A stretch of 64,000 bases of DNA from contig QHYE01000060.1 in NCBI GenBank assembly GCA_003224055.1, forward strand, positions 739 to 64,738, in the 5' to 3' direction. A model generated the notes under the pieces. The model did not search any database. It saw only the letters and a program-made list of their open reading frames with translations, and was not told the origin of the DNA. The position numbers were made by a program, and so were the translations under genes. The stretch comes from Acidobacteriota bacterium (GTDB lineage Bacteria > Acidobacteriota > Terriglobia > Acidiferrales > UBA7541). Shown here piece after piece: positions 31,819-41,454 of the stretch (position 1 is its first letter; each line of letters starts with the position of its first letter).

Positions 31819-32226
31819 TTACACTGCCCAGTTCTGCACCTTCAATCCGCGCACGCGCCGGAACTCTCTCTCATTGTTCGTTACCAGTGTCAGGCCTGCC
31901 GCCTTGGCATGCGCCGCAATCCACAAATCGTTGTTCCCGATCATTTCTCCCTTGCGTTCCAGCTCCGCGCGTATCGTTCCATACGATTCCGCAGCCGTCT
32001 CAGGCAAGCTCTGCACGGGAAGCACTTGTGCCAGCTCCCGCAGCAGCCCCAGCGCCGCCCCGCGCTGCGCACTCTTCTCCGCCCCGTATACCAATTCGCC
32101 GAACGTAATCACGGATAGAACCGCCTCTCCGGGCCGGAGCGTTCGGAACCGCTGCAACACTTCGTCCGGTTTTTTTCGCCGGATGTAAATGCAGATGTTC
32201 GTGTCCAGCAGGTAGCGCGCCTCCAT
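31819..32226 (-). CDS. vapC: VapC PIN-domain toxin
   Basis: YLLDTNICIY, ELVYGAEKS, IGNNDLWIAAHA, LVTNNEREF. Confidence 0.95.
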   Translation of the reverse strand: MEARYLLDTNICIYIRRKKPDEVLQRFRTLRPGEAVLSVITFGELVYGAEKSAQRGAALGLLRELAQVLPVQSLPETAAESYGTIRAELERKGEMIGNNDLWIAAHAKAAGLTLVTNNEREFRRVRGLKVQNWAV

Positions 32227-32456
32227 CACAGCCCCTTGCGTTTCTGCGGTTTATCCTTCTCCCGTCCAGGAAGCTTCAAGTCCTCGGGCAGCGCCGCCAG
32301 CAGGTCAAACGCCCGCGCCATGGTGCCGCGGCGCTCCCGCAGAACGATTTCATCGCCCCGCCGAGAGATCTCCACTTCCTTGCTTTTCAGCCGGAACTGC
32401 TTGGGCAGCCGCACCGCCTGGCTGTTCCCCGATTTGAATACCTTGGCCGTCGCCAT
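32226..32456 (-). CDS. vapB: VapB (AbrB/MazE-type) antitoxin
   Basis: MATAKVFKSGNSQAVRLPKQFR; GGAGG RBS; stop overlaps the vapC start. Confidence 0.95.
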   Translation of the reverse strand: MATAKVFKSGNSQAVRLPKQFRLKSKEVEISRRGDEIVLRERRGTMARAFDLLAALPEDLKLPGREKDKPQKRKGL

Positions 32457-32473
32457 CGTCAACCCTCCACCTA

Positions 32474-32498
32474 ATGTATATACGTCAAGTATACACAT
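32474..32498. promoter_or_regulatory. Putative VapBC operator
   Basis: ATGTATATAC-N5-GTATACACAT inverted repeat (1 mismatch) just upstream of vapB. Confidence 0.65.
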
Positions 32499-32544
32499 AC
32501 TTGCCCCGCTGAGTATCCCTCCTGGATTCCGTTGTTTCCGTCCA

Positions 32545-32740
32545 TGTAGCGCCGGCATCCTTGCCGGCTGCCGTGTAGTGACCGGTCTTCAGACCGGTGT
32601 TTCTCTGTTTCCTCTGTGGCACAGCCACTCCTGGCTGTGCGCTTAAGACAGGTCTCCGCACAATCGCCTACGCACAAACGCTTGTACCGTCCTGCATCTT
32701 TTTCGGTTTTGTAGCGGCGGCCTTCTCAGGCCGGCGCCTT
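32545..32740. repeat. Cluster of four GTAG/GTGG REP-like palindromes
   Basis: Units at 32545-32568, 32574-32606, 32615-32640 and 32710-32740, each TGT(A/G)G plus a GC-rich hairpin. Confidence 0.75.
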
Positions 32741-32748
32741 TTGGACTC

Positions 32749-33363
32749 TCACTTCTTCGCAAACAAAACGCAGTAACTATCCCCCGGCCAGTCGTTCACA
32801 ATCTTTTCCACCTGCAACCCCGCCGCACTCAATTCCTCAATCACAATCTTTTGCGGGATGCCGTGCCCTCCCCGGTTGCTCGGCACTCCTTCCACCGGAT
32901 CCAGTCCCGCTCGTGGCGCAAAGTCAATAATTGCCAGCCGTCCTCCGGGCTTTAAGGACCGCACTAGGTTGGCATCGAACTCCACCGGCTTGGTCAGGTG
33001 ATGGTACACGCGCCTCAGAAAAATCGCGTCGCAACAGCCTGTTGGCAGGCTCGTATCCGCTTCCTTGCTCTCTACCACAATGACGTTCCCCAGCTTGCGT
33101 TTAGCAACCTCGCCCCGCAGCTCCGCAAGCTTTTTTGCATCGATCTCCGTCGCGTACACTTTTCCCGCTGCGCCTACGCGTTCCACCGCCGCAAACGTGT
33201 ACTCCCCTTCGCCTGCGCCAATATCCGCCGCTACCGTCCCCGGCTTCCATTCCATCAAAGCCGCCAGCCGCTTGATCTCGTCCACCGCGTTTCCGTGAGC
33301 CTGCCCGGCGAACACAGCCGCCGCGCACGCGACGCCCAGCAGCGATAAGTTTTTTCTTTTCAT
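32749..33363 (-). CDS. Class I SAM-dependent methyltransferase with signal peptide
   Basis: ADIGAGEG motif I, VYATEID, LKPGGRLAIIDF. Confidence 0.88.
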   Translation of the reverse strand: MKRKNLSLLGVACAAAVFAGQAHGNAVDEIKRLAALMEWKPGTVAADIGAGEGEYTFAAVERVGAAGKVYATEIDAKKLAELRGEVAKRKLGNVIVVESKEADTSLPTGCCDAIFLRRVYHHLTKPVEFDANLVRSLKPGGRLAIIDFAPRAGLDPVEGVPSNRGGHGIPQKIVIEELSAAGLQVEKIVNDWPGDSYCVLFAKK

Positions 33364-33818
33364 CACAGTAGTGGCCCCCTACTTGGTGTCCCGAGCTACA
33401 AATTCGTTGAATAAGTGAAACGGTCATTCCGAGCGAAGCGAGGAATCTGCTTTTCGCTCGTGTGTTGAAAACAAACAAGATTTCTCGGTCCTCCTCTATG
33501 CAGGGCCGTCGGAAGCACAAGAAGGATCGCAATATCTATCAAGAAATTCTGACTCAGCCCACTCGTGCCATTGGACGGCTCAACCGTCAATAAGTTGCCT
33601 CCACCGAAACCGTTAACCCCGCCTCCGTAACCGTCCGACTTCCAATTCTCTCAATTCCCTGCAAATAACTTAACCAATCCGCAATCTCTTGCTATCCTTC
33701 CGCGTGTTTGTTCTCACGGAGCCTCGAAGTGCCATTCACCAACCCAATCGATCAGCTTCGCTGATCGTCGTTCGCGCGCGCCCTTTCGACTTCCTTCATC
33801 GTGAAAATCTCGTTGCTG

Positions 33819-33941
33819 TAAGTCCTTTGTTTGCCACTCATATGGATCGCTCGCAAATTACTGAAAACCCAGCTACTTTAAGTCCTTTCCTTGCCACTCA
33901 TACAGACTTGTCGCCTGTAAATCTTGTATTTGCCACTCATA
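33819..33941 (+). repeat. Three imperfect 24-bp direct repeats (core TTGCCACTCATA)
   Basis: Copies at 33819-33842, 33879-33902 and 33918-33941. Confidence 0.85.
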
Positions 33942-33997
33942 CGAAAACAACCGGGGTGTATACCAACAATTCCCATACTCCTACTTCGCCTCTTCCA

Positions 33998-34025
33998 CCA
34001 GTCACGAGTCACAAGTCACCAGTCA
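33998..34025 (+). repeat. Heptamer tandem repeat (CNAGTCA)x4
   Basis: CCAGTCA CGAGTCA CAAGTCA CCAGTCA. Confidence 0.85.
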
Positions 34026-34080
34026 CGCCCCTCAGACTCCCACGTATAATGTCGGCTCCCAATCAAGGAGACAACTCGCG

Positions 34081-35076
34081 ATGAACTATCGTCGCTTCGG
34101 CCGCACTGGATGGAACGTCAGCGAAATTGGCTACGGCATGTGGGGCATGGCCGGATGGACCGGCTCGGACGACGGCGAATCGCTCGCGGCCCTACAGCGC
34201 GCCGTCGATCTCGGCTGCAATTTTTTCGACACCGCCTGGGCCTACGGTGGAGGCCACAGCGAGCAGCTTCTCGGAAAAATCCTGCGCGCCAACAAAAATA
34301 ATTCCGCCGCCGGCGGACCCGACAAGAAACTTTACGTCGCCACAAAAGTTCCGCCCAAAAATCTCCGCTGGCCCGCGCGCCCGGAATATTCTCTCGACGA
34401 TTCCTATCCGCCGGACCATATCTTCGAGTACGTGGACAAAAGCCTCAAAAATATCGGCGTCGAAACGCTCGATCTCCTCCAGCTTCACACCTGGGATGAC
34501 AGTTGGCTCAAAGATGATCGAGTGGCGCACGCCGTCGAGAAACTTCGCAGCAGCAGAAAAATTCGCGCCTTCGGCCTCAGCCTCAACCGCTGGGAGCCCG
34601 CCAATGGCATTCGCGCCGTGCGCGCCGGCTTCGTCGACGCCATCCAGGTCATCTACAATATTTTCGACCAGAATCCCGAGGACGAACTTTTCCCCGCCTG
34701 CCACGAAAAAAACGCCGCCGTCATCGCTCGCGTTCCCTTCGACGAAGGCTCCCTCACCGGCACGCTCACGCTCGAAAGCAAGTGGCCCGCGAACGATTGG
34801 CGCAGCACTTATTTCGTTCCGGAAAATCTCAAAGCCAGCGTCGCTCGCGCCGACGCCCTCAAGCCTCTCGTCCCCGCCGGAATGACCATGCCGGAAATGG
34901 CTTTGCGCTTCATCCTCAACAACCCCGACGTCAGCACTATCATTCCCGGCATGCGTAAACTGCGCAACGTCGAATCCAATCTCGCGGCCAGCGACAAAGG
35001 TCCCCTGCCCGCGCCACTCCACGCGCAATTGCGCAAACACCGCTGGGACCGCACTCCCACGAAGTGGAGCCAATAG
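34081..35076 (+). CDS. Aldo/keto reductase
   Basis: MNYRRFGRTGWNVSEIGYGMW, FFDTAWAYG, VATKV, LDLLQLH; TATAAT and AAGGAG upstream. Confidence 0.93.
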   Translation: MNYRRFGRTGWNVSEIGYGMWGMAGWTGSDDGESLAALQRAVDLGCNFFDTAWAYGGGHSEQLLGKILRANKNNSAAGGPDKKLYVATKVPPKNLRWPARPEYSLDDSYPPDHIFEYVDKSLKNIGVETLDLLQLHTWDDSWLKDDRVAHAVEKLRSSRKIRAFGLSLNRWEPANGIRAVRAGFVDAIQVIYNIFDQNPEDELFPACHEKNAAVIARVPFDEGSLTGTLTLESKWPANDWRSTYFVPENLKASVARADALKPLVPAGMTMPEMALRFILNNPDVSTIIPGMRKLRNVESNLAASDKGPLPAPLHAQLRKHRWDRTPTKWSQ

Positions 35077-35099
35077 GATGGATATGTCTCGGGGAGAAA

Positions 35100-35390
35100 C
35101 TACGCGGTTTGTTTCAAGGCGCGTTCGACGAGCGTCAGACAACGCTCGGCTTGCTCGCTCAGCAATTCTTCGCGATCGTTGCGCTCGCGTTGCATGCTGT
35201 GAAGTTCATCCGCAATCGCCAGGGCCGTCAGCACCGCAACTTTTTGCGTGTCTACAGTTTTCGTCGCGTCCGCGATTGCCTGCATTTTTTCGTCGACGTA
35301 TTTCGCAAGTCTCTGCACGTACTTCGCATCCAGCTCTCCTTGGATGGAGTACACTTGCCCGAAAATCTCAACTTTTATCGGCCCGCTCAT
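35100..35390 (-). CDS. zapA: Cell division protein ZapA
   Basis: MSGPIKVEIFGQVYSIQG...LAKYVDEKM...KVAVLTALAIADEL. Confidence 0.9.
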   Translation of the reverse strand: MSGPIKVEIFGQVYSIQGELDAKYVQRLAKYVDEKMQAIADATKTVDTQKVAVLTALAIADELHSMQRERNDREELLSEQAERCLTLVERALKQTA

Positions 35391-35580
35391 GGAGTCTCCG
35401 CGCGTCCTTATCGGCACAATACCACATTCGCTCCCGGAATAAATCCCGCCCGTCCGCGTGCGCCTCTTGTGCGAAGTCCCATTTACATTTCTCGAGCTGT
35501 CCGCTACCGTGTGAAATCCAGCCTGTTGGTTTCCCCAGCCCGCGCAATGCGAATTCATCTGCTCGCACAAGGAGCGCCTC

Positions 35581-36357
35581 ATGGCCACCAAGCCTCGTTC
35601 CAAGAAATCCGCCGCTGCGCTGCAACACCCTATCCGGATCGTGCCACTCCATCGGCCGGAGGCGCAACGGATTGCCGCGGCAGCAACGCCCCAGCTCACG
35701 TACCGCGGTGGGCCGCTGCTCACTGCCGTCGAAGTCTTCACCGTTTTTTGGGGTACGGAATGGAAACAAGCAGAGCAAAGCGCGATTGCCACGAACATGA
35801 ATTTGTTTTTCGACTATATTCTTACGAGCGCGCTGATGAGCCAGCTCGGAGAATACAGCGTCCCCGGAAAAAATATCGGCCATGGCAAACGCACCGGCAC
35901 CGCGACGCTCGCTTCACCCGCTCCAAATTCCTCCGTGCAGGACAGTGCGATTCGACAGTTATTGCAGCAGGAAATCGCCGCCAAGAATCTTCCGGTGCCT
36001 TCTCCCAATTCACTCTATTTTTTCTTCCTTCCGCCCAGCGTGCAGGTTGTGCTGGGCGGCAGCGCCTCCTGCCGGGAATTCTGCGGTTATCACGACTCCA
36101 CCAGCGACAACATTTTCTATGCAGTGATGCCTTACCCCGGATGTTCCGGGTGCACCGGCGGCCTTAGCGTCGTTGACGCGCTCACTTCCACCACTTCGCA
36201 CGAACTTTGCGAAGCCATCACCGATCCCGTGCCCGGCCAGGGATGGTACGACGATAGCAACGGTGAGATCGGCGACATTTGCGCGTGGAAAACACGGACG
36301 CTTGGCGGTCACACGATTCAACTGGAATGGTCGAACAAGGCAGGGTCGTGCGTGTGA
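35581..36357 (+). CDS. Hypothetical protein resembling the Phi-1/EXORDIUM-like family
   Basis: LTYRGGPLL, FCGYH, SHELCEAITDP, GWYD...GEIGDIC; AAGGAG RBS. Confidence 0.65.
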   Translation: MATKPRSKKSAAALQHPIRIVPLHRPEAQRIAAAATPQLTYRGGPLLTAVEVFTVFWGTEWKQAEQSAIATNMNLFFDYILTSALMSQLGEYSVPGKNIGHGKRTGTATLASPAPNSSVQDSAIRQLLQQEIAAKNLPVPSPNSLYFFFLPPSVQVVLGGSASCREFCGYHDSTSDNIFYAVMPYPGCSGCTGGLSVVDALTSTTSHELCEAITDPVPGQGWYDDSNGEIGDICAWKTRTLGGHTIQLEWSNKAGSCV

Positions 36358-36372
36358 GTTGCGAATGGTCTT

Positions 36373-38487
36373 TTATTGCGCGCGGAGTTGTGCGCCGAGC
36401 TGCTTTTCAAGCACGGCAATGATTTTGCCACTGTAATCGCCGATCTGCGTATCGGTCAGCGTCGCTTCGCGGCTCTGAAACGTCACGCGCACCAGCAGCG
36501 AATATTTCCCGGCGGGAACGTTCTTCCCGCGGAAAAGATCGGCTGCTTCGATGTTGGAAATTTCGGAAATGTTGAGCGATCGGATTGCTTTCACAACATC
36601 GGAAAAATGCGTGCCATCCGGTAAGAGCAGCGAGAAATCCCGCTCGACCGCCGGAAATCGCGGCAACGGCTCATAGCGCCGCGCTTCCTTCGCCGCAAGG
36701 TACGCCGTGCACAGCGGATCGAGCTCCAATTCCGCAAGGAAAACATCCTGGCGGAATTTGAATTTCTCGGCGACGCGGCGCGCAAGCTGGCCCGCTGAGC
36801 CAAGTTCGTTCGCGCCAAGCACCACGCTTCCGCGCCGCGCCGCGTGCAGCCATTCCGCCCCGCCGTCGCGCCAGGCGAAGCCGCCCGCGAGTTCACCGAT
36901 CGAATCGAGATCGCCTTTGAGGTCGGCAAAGGAAAATTCGCGCGCGGGATCGTAGAGATTTTTTTCCCGCGCTTCGCCGGTCGCGCCGATCGTGAGGATC
37001 GGCGGCTCGGGTTCGTCATTTTTGCGGCTAGTGAGGTCGTAGTGGCGGCCGATTTCAAAGAGGCGAACGTTGCGCTGGCCGTGATTCACATTCCATTCGA
37101 GCGCCGCGGCCATGGTCACGAGTCCGGTGGAGCGCAGAACGTTTGCTTCTTCGGAAAGCGGATTCGAAAGTCGCGCGGGAGAAATTCCGCCGGGCCGGAA
37201 CAGCGCGTCGCGCTCTTCGGCGACGTGAGGAATCGTCAGGATTTCCCGGTAGCCCAGACCGATGAGCCGATCGCGCAAACGCGTTTCCGCTTCGTAATGC
37301 GGGAGGCGCGCAGCGCCCTGGCGCGCGGCAGGCAGTCGCGGCGGAAATTTATCGAGGCCGTAAATGCGCGCGATTTCTTCGATGAGATCAATTTCGCGTT
37401 CGACTTCCGCGCGCCAGGAAGGCTGCGTGCATTCCCACGCGGCAAGCAGCGAACCTTCCGCGCCGCGATTCTGATCGATTCGAACGGGCGCGAATCCGAG
37501 GGCGCTGAGGCTGGCTTCCACTTCTTTGTCCGGAACGTCGGCGCCCATGACGCGGAGAATTTCCGCGCGCGTCACGCGGAGTTTTTTCGGCGCACGTTTT
37601 CCGGGATAGATATCAACTACGCCCGCCAGCAATTCGCCGCCGGCAAGCTGCAAAATCAGCTCCGCAGCGCGACGCGAAGCCAACTCGGCCATTTCCGGAT
37701 CGGCGCCGCGGCCGAAGCGCGTGGAAGCTTCGGTATGCAATTTCAGAAAACGCGCGGCACGGCGAATGGAGATCGGTTCGAACCAGGCACATTCGATCAA
37801 AACATTTTTCGTGGAAAAGGAAATTTCCGTTTCCGCGCCGCCCATGATTCCGCCGATGCCCACGGCGCGAGAACCGTCGCCATCGGAAATCATGCAGATG
37901 CCAGAATCGAGCTGGCGATCTTTGTCAGGCGCGAGCTGCCGCTCAACTCCATCGAGCGTTTTCATTTTTTCGCTGGGCTTGGCGCGGCGGACGATGATTT
38001 TGTGGTCCCGCACTTTGTCGTAGTCAAACGTGTGCAGCGGGTGCCCCAACTCCAGCATGACGTAATTCGAAACGTCGACGACATTGCTGATGCTGGCGAC
38101 GCCGGAAGCTTCGAGCCGATCTTTCAGCCATTTCAACGAAGGCTGGATTTTCACGTTTCGAATGACGCGCGCGGTGAAGCGGCCGCAGAGTTCCGGCGAC
38201 TGAATTTCGACGTTGACGGCGTCGCTGGTCTTCGCGGCGCTTTCCGCCGGTTTCGGCGAAACCGACTTCAGCGGGAGCTTGTAAATCGCGCCGACTTCGC
38301 GCGCAATTCCCAGATGGCCGAGGCAGTCAGGGCGATTGGAACTGACTTCCGCGTCAATCACCGCACCGTGCGGGCCGTTTTCGATTCCGGCGATGTTCGT
38401 GCCGGAAAGGGCGAGGCGCGAGGCCAGCTCCTGCGGCGGCGCCGTCACGTCGACGAAATCTTTCAGCCAGTTGTAAACGACCTTCAT
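36373..38487 (-). CDS. pheT: Phenylalanine-tRNA ligase beta subunit (short form without the B2 domain)
   Basis: MKVVYNWLKDFV, NRPDCLGHLGIARE, REIDLIEEIARIYG, RFPAVERDFS. Confidence 0.97.
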   Translation of the reverse strand: MKVVYNWLKDFVDVTAPPQELASRLALSGTNIAGIENGPHGAVIDAEVSSNRPDCLGHLGIAREVGAIYKLPLKSVSPKPAESAAKTSDAVNVEIQSPELCGRFTARVIRNVKIQPSLKWLKDRLEASGVASISNVVDVSNYVMLELGHPLHTFDYDKVRDHKIIVRRAKPSEKMKTLDGVERQLAPDKDRQLDSGICMISDGDGSRAVGIGGIMGGAETEISFSTKNVLIECAWFEPISIRRAARFLKLHTEASTRFGRGADPEMAELASRRAAELILQLAGGELLAGVVDIYPGKRAPKKLRVTRAEILRVMGADVPDKEVEASLSALGFAPVRIDQNRGAEGSLLAAWECTQPSWRAEVEREIDLIEEIARIYGLDKFPPRLPAARQGAARLPHYEAETRLRDRLIGLGYREILTIPHVAEERDALFRPGGISPARLSNPLSEEANVLRSTGLVTMAAALEWNVNHGQRNVRLFEIGRHYDLTSRKNDEPEPPILTIGATGEAREKNLYDPAREFSFADLKGDLDSIGELAGGFAWRDGGAEWLHAARRGSVVLGANELGSAGQLARRVAEKFKFRQDVFLAELELDPLCTAYLAAKEARRYEPLPRFPAVERDFSLLLPDGTHFSDVVKAIRSLNISEISNIEAADLFRGKNVPAGKYSLLVRVTFQSREATLTDTQIGDYSGKIIAVLEKQLGAQLRAQ

Positions 38488-38575
38488 GATCCTGTTCCCA
38501 CGTACGGCTCTCGGAACCAAACACGAGTCTCGAATTTGGCGGGCCGGGCTAAGCCCCGGCGCCTACACATGCTTC

Positions 38576-39712
38576 CTATGGGAATTGCCGGAGGAAGCGC
38601 ACGTCGTTCTGGAAAAAGATTTGAATATCGTCGATGCCGTACTTCAGCATCGCGAGGCGATCGATGCCTATGCCGAAGGCAAAGCCGCTGACTTTTTTCG
38701 CGTCGTAATTCACGAAGCCGTAGACGGCGGGATCGACCATGCCCGCGCCGAAGAGTTCAATCCACGCGGCGCCCTTGCATTTCGAGCACGTTCCGCCGCC
38801 GGCGGCCGTACCTGTTCCGCCGCAAAATGGGCAGGAGACGTCGAACTCGACGGAAGGCTCGGTGAACGGGAAATAGCTGGGCCGGAAACGTGTTTTCACA
38901 CCGGGGCCGAAAAACTGCTGCACGAAATACTCGATGGTGCCGGTGAAATCACAAAACGTGATGTCCGTGTCCACGGCGAGGCCTTCGATTTGGTGAAAGG
39001 CGAAGGAATGCGTGGCGTCCGGATTATCGCGGCGATAGACCTTTCCGGGAACGATGACGCGCACCGGCGGTTTCTGCTTCTCCATGGTGCGAATCTGCAT
39101 GGGCGAAGTGTGCGTGCGGAGAAGGAGCGGCGTCGGAGCACCTTTCGGCAATTCCAGATAAAACGTGTCCATGTCGTCACGCACGGGATGGAATTCGGGG
39201 ATGTTCAGCGCTTCGAAATTGTAATAGGGCGTTTCGATTTCGGGGCCTTCAACGACGGAGAAACCGATGGAAAAGAAAATGTCTTCGATTTCCTGAAAGA
39301 CCTGGCGGATCAGGTGATGCGAACCGACGGGGCGGAGGACGCCGGGGAGAGAGAGGTCGACGCGGTCGCGGTTCGACGCAACCTCTTCAGAACCCTTTTC
39401 AGCAGCGACCCGAAATGTTTCGAGGGATTCTTCGATGTGGCGCTTGAGCTGGTTCAGAGACTGACCGACAATGGGTTTCAAAGCAGGCGGAGCGGACTTA
39501 AGCCAATTTTCCGTGATGAGGGTGAGCACACCAGCCTTTCTTCCTAGCCATGCGTTTTTCATCAAGGTGTAATTAACTTCGTCAGGATGCTTTGCCGCGA
39601 GCTGTTTGTCGAAGCGTACCTTTTCGCTCGTGAACAACTCTTCGATCGCCATCGGATCGTTGATTGCCAGCCCGGCGAGTGTTCTCTCAGTTGGATTTTC
39701 TACATTAGGCAT
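38576..39712 (-). CDS. pheS: Phenylalanine-tRNA ligase alpha subunit
   Basis: LLRTHTSPMQIR, FHQIEGL, FRPSYFPFTEPS, GFAFGIGIDRLAM. Start uncertain. Confidence 0.97.
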   Translation of the reverse strand: MPNVENPTERTLAGLAINDPMAIEELFTSEKVRFDKQLAAKHPDEVNYTLMKNAWLGRKAGVLTLITENWLKSAPPALKPIVGQSLNQLKRHIEESLETFRVAAEKGSEEVASNRDRVDLSLPGVLRPVGSHHLIRQVFQEIEDIFFSIGFSVVEGPEIETPYYNFEALNIPEFHPVRDDMDTFYLELPKGAPTPLLLRTHTSPMQIRTMEKQKPPVRVIVPGKVYRRDNPDATHSFAFHQIEGLAVDTDITFCDFTGTIEYFVQQFFGPGVKTRFRPSYFPFTEPSVEFDVSCPFCGGTGTAAGGGTCSKCKGAAWIELFGAGMVDPAVYGFVNYDAKKVSGFAFGIGIDRLAMLKYGIDDIQIFFQNDVRFLRQFP

Positions 39713-39735
39713 GATCGCCCGATACATTACACCGT

Positions 39736-39800
39736 TAGGGGCACGATATATCGTGCCCCTACGAAAGAAACTGCGCCCGCTTCGGAAAGCGGCCGCTACA
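39736..39800. repeat. REP-like palindromes between rplT and pheS
   Basis: Perfect 26-bp palindrome TAGGGGCACGATATATCGTGCCCCTA, plus the minus-strand unit TGTAGCGGCCGCTTTCCGAAGCGG. Confidence 0.7.
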
Positions 39801-39829
39801 GTTACGCAAGGCCGGCAAGGATGCCAACG

Positions 39830-40210
39830 CTACGCCCTTTTCGCTTTGGCTGGAGGCGGGGCGGCGGCTTTGGCGGTGGCCACGAGCGAAGTGAATGCGG
39901 CGGCGTCTTTGACCGCGATGTCCGCGAGGACTTTGCGGTCGAGCGTGACGCCGGCGACTTTCAATCCGTGGATCAACTGGCCGTAGGTCAGGCCGTTATT
40001 CCGAGCAGCCGCTCCGAGGCGCTGAATCCAGAGCTTGCGATACTCGCGCTTTTTGACGCGGCGGTCGCGCTTGGCGTAGCGATCGGCGCGATTGGCCGCT
40101 TCCTGCGCGGACTGGTAGAGCTTGCTCTTGGTGAGAAAAAAGCCTTTCGTCCGCTTGAGGTACTTCTTGCGCCGTGCGCGGCGCTTGGTGCCGCGTTTTA
40201 CGCGAGCCAT
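39830..40210 (-). CDS. rplT: 50S ribosomal protein L20
   Basis: MARVKRG...[17 protein letters not shown]...[11 protein letters not shown]. Confidence 0.98.
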   Translation of the reverse strand: MARVKRGTKRRARRKKYLKRTKGFFLTKSKLYQSAQEAANRADRYAKRDRRVKKREYRKLWIQRLGAAARNNGLTYGQLIHGLKVAGVTLDRKVLADIAVKDAAAFTSLVATAKAAAPPPAKAKRA

Positions 40211-40340
40211 GGGGTTTCTCCTTTTTTGTGGGAAACAAAACAGGTTGCGCGGACGCGAAAGTACACGCGTTGCGCAACGGGTTTGTTTCCGGGGTAGTGC
40301 AATGTAGTCCGCCTCCGGCGAGAACCATAACCGGTTCCGC

Positions 40341-40497
40341 GAAGGCGCCCGCCTCAGAAGGCGGCCGCTACAAGTGCCCCGACAATATCGGGGCGGATCG
40401 GCCGGCAGGCACCCGTGAAGCGCTGCCTGGCACGATGCGCAGGGATTGCGCCCTGCGACTCAAACGGAAGGGCACCCACCGCGTCGGGTACCCCTAC
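40341..40497. repeat. REP-like palindromes between rpmI and rplT
   Basis: Minus-strand TGTAGCGGCCGCCTTCTGAGGCGGGCGCCTT (similar to the 32710 unit) and GTAGGGGTACCCGACGCGGTGGGTGCCC. Confidence 0.7.
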
Positions 40498-40553
40498 GAA
40501 GAAAGTCGGATGGCGTGCAATTTCAGGGCACGCACAGAAAAATCCTTACGGCC

Positions 40554-40775
40554 TTAGCCGTAGGGAAGCATCTGCCGGACGCTGGCCACATCGGCCTTGT
40601 TTACGAGCGTCAACTTCTTGAGCTTGCGCATGCGGCCCGGGGCCTTGGTGCCCATCAAGTGGCGCTTGCCGGAATGCCCGCGCTTGATTTTGCCGTTGGC
40701 GGTGATCTTGAAGCGCTTCCTGGCTCCGCGATGCGTCTTCAGTTTCAATTTTGGTTTCGATCGGTTTCTTGGCAT
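40554..40775 (-). CDS. rpmI: 50S ribosomal protein L35
   Basis: KLKTHRGARKRFKITANGKIKR...MLPYG. Confidence 0.97.
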   Translation of the reverse strand: MPRNRSKPKLKLKTHRGARKRFKITANGKIKRGHSGKRHLMGTKAPGRMRKLKKLTLVNKADVASVRQMLPYG

Positions 40776-40863
40776 TGCCTAATTCCTTTTTCTGAGATTC
40801 GGCCGTGACACCGAAGAGGACGCCCGCCGCGGCGGGCGTCCCTATAAAACCCTCTCGCGCTGA

Positions 40864-41454
40864 TTACTGCTGCTGCTGGGCGCTGGATGCCGACTGACCT
40901 GCCGGCTTGGCGACGCTGACGCCTTTTTTCGGAGCGAGCAAAGCCACGAGGACGTTGCCTTCCATGCGCGGCATCGTCTCAATCTGCCCCTGGTCGCCAA
41001 TCTCCATGAGCAAGCGGTTCATCTTGGCGCGGCCGACTTCCTGGTGCGCCATTTCGCGCCCGCGATGGAAAATCATCGCGCGCACCTTGTGGCCTTCGCC
41101 GAGAAACCGGATGATCTGGTTCTTGCGAACCTGATAGTCGTGTTCCGCGGTAGCGGGCCGAAACTTGACCTCCTTCAACTGCGAGCCGCGGCTGCTCTTG
41201 CGCTGCTCGTGGGCCTTCTTATTGGCTTGATAGAGATACTTGCCGTAGTCGGTGATCTTGCAGACCGGCGGATCGGCCGTCGGCGAAATTTCCACCAAGT
41301 CGAGCCCCTTTTCCTTCGCCAGCTTGATGGCCTCAAACGGCTGCATGACGCCGAGCTGGCCGCCCTCTTCATCAATCACCCGGATCTCGCGAGCCCGAAT
41401 CCGCTCGTTGACGCGGACACGATCAGCCTGCTGCCGGAAATTCCGTTCTGCGAT
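40864..41454 (-). CDS. infC: Translation initiation factor IF-3 (probable non-canonical ATC start)
   Basis: The frame extends upstream of the ORF-track GTG through RVNERIRAREIRVID to ATC at 41454, preceded by AGGGGG. DLVEISP...PPVCKITDYGKY, KEVKFRP. Confidence 0.93.
   Translation of the reverse strand: MAERNFRQQADRVRVNERIRAREIRVIDEEGGQLGVMQPFEAIKLAKEKGLDLVEISPTADPPVCKITDYGKYLYQANKKAHEQRKSSRGSQLKEVKFRPATAEHDYQVRKNQIIRFLGEGHKVRAMIFHRGREMAHQEVGRAKMNRLLMEIGDQGQIETMPRMEGNVLVALLAPKKGVSVAKPAGQSASSAQQQQ

Noticed and set aside
33423..33448. GTCATTCCGAGCGAAGCGAGGAATCT as a riboswitch or ncRNA
   Set aside because: It looks like half of a dispersed palindromic repeat with a degenerate partner; no riboswitch consensus recognised.
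33819..33941. CRISPR array interpretation of the 24-bp repeats
   Set aside because: Only three degenerate copies, spacers of 36 and 15 bp, no palindrome and no cas genes in the window.
12018..35099. Prophage, ICE or defence island
   Set aside because: No integrase, transposase, phage structural gene, tRNA attachment site or recognisable defence gene beyond ordinary TA pairs.
36373..38487. Short PheT as a truncated pseudogene
   Set aside because: Both termini are intact; loss of the B2 domain is a known natural variant.
38770..38840. CxxC...CxxC insertion in PheS
   Set aside because: A common feature of many bacterial PheS proteins, not novel.
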